64,000 nt of DNA from an uncultured Nitrospiraceae bacterium (GTDB taxonomy: Bacteria > Nitrospirota > Thermodesulfovibrionia > Thermodesulfovibrionales > Dissulfurispiraceae). The DNA lies in assembly GCA_963727805.1 (NCBI GenBank), contig CAVSHF010000003.1, positions 1,120,001-1,184,000 of the forward strand. Reading direction: 5' to 3'. The notes under the pieces are model-generated. The model was given only the letters and a program-made list of their open reading frames with translations. It did not search any database and had not been told where the DNA came from. A program made the position numbers and the translations under genes. This document shows positions 60,849-64,000 of the stretch, piece after piece. Each line of letters begins with the position of its first letter. Position 1 is the stretch's first letter.

Positions 60849-62273
60849 TTATCGCCTGATCTTGCCGCTCGCTGTTTTTGGCAAATGGTCAACGCACTCA
60901 AAATCCTTGGGCACCTTGTACTGTGTCAGTCTTTGATAGCAGAATCTGCGCAGATCGTCAGGATCGAAGACCTCGCCTGCCCCTTCTGTCAAGACGATCT
61001 TCGCTATTGGTAGTTGTCCGTATTGCGGATGCGATACGCCGTACACCAGGGACTCCCTGATATGAGGGTACTGGTTAATAATTGACTCCACTTCATAAGC
61101 AAATATTTTCATGCCGGCAAAATTGATGATATCCTTATCGCGCCCAACGATGGTAAGGAAGCCGGAATCATCAATCCTCCCAAGGTCTCCTGTCTTAAAC
61201 CATCCGTCCCTCAGGATAGCCGCCCTGTTCTGCCAAGGCGAGTAATAAGCGTCCAGCATCCCCTTCCCTTTTATGTGGATCTCTCCGATCCCCTCATCAT
61301 CTTTGTTCATAATTGCAACCTCGTAGTCGGGAAGTGCTCTTCCGACAGAACCGCGTTTATCGGTGGAGAGCTTTATAAAAGGCAGGCCTACCTCTATAAT
61401 CCCGTATGCCTCAGTCAATTCGAGACCGAATCTCGCGGAGAACCCTTCAGCTATTGAGTCGGGGAGTTTCATGGCAGTGGAAATAGCCATGCGTACCTCT
61501 TTTAGTGATTCAGGAGAAAGCATTGCGGCATGAGTCAGCAGATTGTAATGGAAAGGCGAGGCATAGATAAATGTTCCCCGGTGTCTGATCACGCCTTCTA
61601 TCACGGCCTCCGGAAATGGTCGGCCACAGAGGACGATGGTTGCTGCCCGGCGCAGATAGAGAAGAATGGAGACAACAAAATGAAAACTCATTGAGAGTAC
61701 CCACAGGACGGTGTCACAATGCGTTATCCCAAGCCCCTTATCAGCTGCGTCGGTCCTCTCGACTATTGCTTCATGAGAGAGGACAACGCCTTTGCTTATA
61801 CCAGTGGTCCCCGAACTGAATCGTATAAACGCCGGATTGATCTCATAGTACTCACGGCAAGGCCCTTCAACGGCTTCTCTCCTTATGAGGAAAAACTCTT
61901 TTCTGAAGAACCCGTCAGACCGAAGACTTTGGGCATCTCCGGAATTGTAGGTTCCCTTTTCAAAGATCAGAAAATCCAGGGCGATCCTGTCGATTGTCGA
62001 CTCGATTTCAGCCAAAGGCTGTTCGGGGGAGATTGGGATGATTACTGCAGGCAATGAGAGTATCGCTAGACTGGTGCTTACATAGTCGATACTGTCTCCG
62101 CAGAGAAGTCCGATACGATGGTACGGCCTGACTCCTTCCTCTCTGAATGCCTCTGCAATCGACTCCGCCGAAGAAAGCAATTGCCCGTAGGAGAGCACGC
62201 CATCACCCTCGATAACAGCTTTTTTGTCCCGAAATTCCTCGGTTTCCCGCTTTATCGTCTCGTAAATATTCAC
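60849..62273 (-). CDS. Class I adenylate-forming enzyme (acyl-CoA/ACP ligase)
   Basis: FSSGTTGISKG, EAYGIIE, FKTGDLG, GR.KD.I, LPKTASGKI. Confidence 0.92.
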   Translation of the reverse strand: MNIYETIKRETEEFRDKKAVIEGDGVLSYGQLLSSAESIAEAFREEGVRPYHRIGLLCGDSIDYVSTSLAILSLPAVIIPISPEQPLAEIESTIDRIALDFLIFEKGTYNSGDAQSLRSDGFFRKEFFLIRREAVEGPCREYYEINPAFIRFSSGTTGISKGVVLSHEAIVERTDAADKGLGITHCDTVLWVLSMSFHFVVSILLYLRRAATIVLCGRPFPEAVIEGVIRHRGTFIYASPFHYNLLTHAAMLSPESLKEVRMAISTAMKLPDSIAEGFSARFGLELTEAYGIIEVGLPFIKLSTDKRGSVGRALPDYEVAIMNKDDEGIGEIHIKGKGMLDAYYSPWQNRAAILRDGWFKTGDLGRIDDSGFLTIVGRDKDIINFAGMKIFAYEVESIINQYPHIRESLVYGVSHPQYGQLPIAKIVLTEGAGEVFDPDDLRRFCYQRLTQYKVPKDFECVDHLPKTASGKIRR

Positions 62274-62274
62274 A

Positions 62275-63738
62275 TCACACCTTTTTTATGTAGTCCCTGT
62301 GGATGGCCTTGAGCGCAAATATATACTTGGTCCCATTGACGATCGCCCTGAATATCTCGCGGCGCGGAACTTTGATCTTGTTCACCCGCAGCGGATTGGT
62401 GCTCCACGCAAGCCGGTAAAGGAGGGCAAAATGTGCATAAAACCTTCTGATTTCAAGCTTTGTAGGCAGTAAGGTATGCATGCAGTCATAAAAGAGATAC
62501 GGATCGCAGATGAATTCCGCTTTGTGTTTATGCCAGAGCTCAGTCCCCGGTGAGGGAGAAAACACCGTGAAGGAGACTTCGGCAGGTCCGATGTCCTTGA
62601 TGGCCTTCTCAACACTCCGAAAGTCTTCGACTGAGAAGCCGGGATCAACCATAAGGCTCGCATGTAACATTATGCCGATTTCGCGAAGCAGGGACACGGC
62701 TTTCTTATTGATATCCACTGTCGTCCGTTTTTTATAGTTCTTCAGTCTCGCCTCATCCATCGCCTCGAGCCCAACATAGACGATACTGAGGCCCGCCTTC
62801 TTCCAAAGACGGAACAGGTCGGGACGTCTAACGATAGTATCAGCCCTGGCCCAGCTTACATACTTCTTTCTGATGCCCCTTTCGAGGAGGAGATTCGCTA
62901 TTTCGGTCATACGGTCCTCGTTTAGAAAGGTTTCATCGTCGACAAAGTAGATATGCTCTTCCTTGATCGACTCGATCTCATTCACAACGCTTTCAGGGCT
63001 CCGCTCGAGATACTGTTTCCCCATTATGTGGTGCACTACGCAGAAAGAGCAGGTGAATTTGCACCCGTACGAGGTCCTTATCGACGCGATGCGCGGGAAC
63101 ATCGTATCGAGCTTCTTCCCCTCACTCGCCGTCCATGCCGAAAAGTAGCGCGAACGCTGCACAAGGTCCCTTCGCGGCAGAGGGATGGCGCTGACATCGG
63201 GATATTCCGGAGGTAGTGAGCTGGCCTTTTGTAAGAAATCGGGGTCATTCCGGTACAGAGCGACCTGTCCGAAAAAAAGAGACTCTCCCTGTTTAAATCG
63301 CCTTAGAAGCTCTCCAAAGGTTGTTCCTCCCTCGCCCCGAACAATAATATCTATATCATCGACAGCATATTCGACAGGGGAGATCGTCGCATGAATCCCT
63401 CCGACAACAACGAAGACAGACGGGTTGTCCGCCTTTGCAATTCGTGCCAGCTCCTTCACCCTTAGAAGCTGGTTACTGTAACCAGTGAGGCCAATTATAT
63501 GCGGCTTCACTTCCCGAAGCTTTTTTTTATAGGCCTCCATCGGTTCTTTCTCAAGGGTCAGGTCGCAGATTGTTACCAAATCTTCTGGGGGGACAGCGCC
63601 CGCAACGATTTCAAGCTCTAGAGGTTCAAGGTGGAGAAAATCATTGAGACGTTTGGCAACGAGGAGGTACGAATGAGGTTTCACAAGCAGAATTCGGAGT
63701 GGAGTACTTATTCCCTCGCAGTTGATTTCTGTTGGCAT
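62275..63738 (-). CDS. B12-binding domain radical SAM enzyme
   Basis: N-terminal B12-binding (EPLELE...VVGGIHAT), GCKFTCSFC, FVDDE, VGLE, P.PGT; ATG 63738 with AAAGGAG. Confidence 0.9.
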   Translation of the reverse strand: MPTEINCEGISTPLRILLVKPHSYLLVAKRLNDFLHLEPLELEIVAGAVPPEDLVTICDLTLEKEPMEAYKKKLREVKPHIIGLTGYSNQLLRVKELARIAKADNPSVFVVVGGIHATISPVEYAVDDIDIIVRGEGGTTFGELLRRFKQGESLFFGQVALYRNDPDFLQKASSLPPEYPDVSAIPLPRRDLVQRSRYFSAWTASEGKKLDTMFPRIASIRTSYGCKFTCSFCVVHHIMGKQYLERSPESVVNEIESIKEEHIYFVDDETFLNEDRMTEIANLLLERGIRKKYVSWARADTIVRRPDLFRLWKKAGLSIVYVGLEAMDEARLKNYKKRTTVDINKKAVSLLREIGIMLHASLMVDPGFSVEDFRSVEKAIKDIGPAEVSFTVFSPSPGTELWHKHKAEFICDPYLFYDCMHTLLPTKLEIRRFYAHFALLYRLAWSTNPLRVNKIKVPRREIFRAIVNGTKYIFALKAIHRDYIKKV

Positions 63739-63751
63739 GTGCGGCTCCTTT

Positions 63752-64000
63752 CTATTTGTATTTCCCATCGGCTCTTTCAGGATATCTCCCCTGTTTCACC
63801 ATAAAGGCTGCGGCCAGTCCCGCCTGCTCCCCGAGCGCCATACAGGTACCCATGACCCTCGTTGAACCAAGCGCCTCATGCGTAACTGAGATACAACGAC
63901 CTGCGCACAGAAGATTGGGGATATCCCTGACCTTAATACAGCGGAAGGGGATTTCATAATAATCGCCCGCTTTCACATACTTATAAACTGTCCCTTTACT
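63752..64000 (-). CDS. FAD-dependent oxidoreductase, C-terminal part (runs off window end)
   Basis: YEIPFRC...NLLCAGRCIS.THEALGSTRVMGTCMALGEQAG. Confidence 0.88.
   Translation of the reverse strand, partial: SKGTVYKYVKAGDYYEIPFRCIKVRDIPNLLCAGRCISVTHEALGSTRVMGTCMALGEQAGLAAAFMVKQGRYPERADGKYK

Overview
A 64-kb chromosomal segment from an anaerobic Gram-negative bacterium. Gene order (ilvC-psd-pssA-leuA, ihfA-merR-tRNA-Pro), two AOR-family enzymes and a c7-type cytochrome remnant suggest Nitrospirota or Desulfobacterota; this is an inference. Bases 1-16860 form an accessory, island-like region abutting the 3' end of tRNA-Pro(GGG). It holds a single integron-like cassette (attI-like site, flavin reductase, attC), a full-length RmInt1-like group II intron at a cognate EBS/IBS site, an ASCH protein, a fused Type IIG restriction-modification gene followed by a PIN-like gene, and an IS21 remnant. 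Bases 16945-49490 are mostly housekeeping genes, plus two divergent aldehyde:ferredoxin oxidoreductases and a compact putative ceramide operon (reductase, spt, GNAT) with an AsmA-like gene downstream and nfeD upstream. The most unusual signal is a family of large, highly structured minus-strand non-coding elements. Two copies (49901-50390 and 53441-53713) are ~85% identical in two blocks, a diverged partial copy lies at ~44850-45062, and one copy has a near-consensus sigma70 promoter directly upstream. The two main copies flank a two-component system, and a 51-bp direct-repeat promoter box next to that system recurs 19 kb away. The window ends inside a radical-SAM/AMP-ligase biosynthetic cluster.
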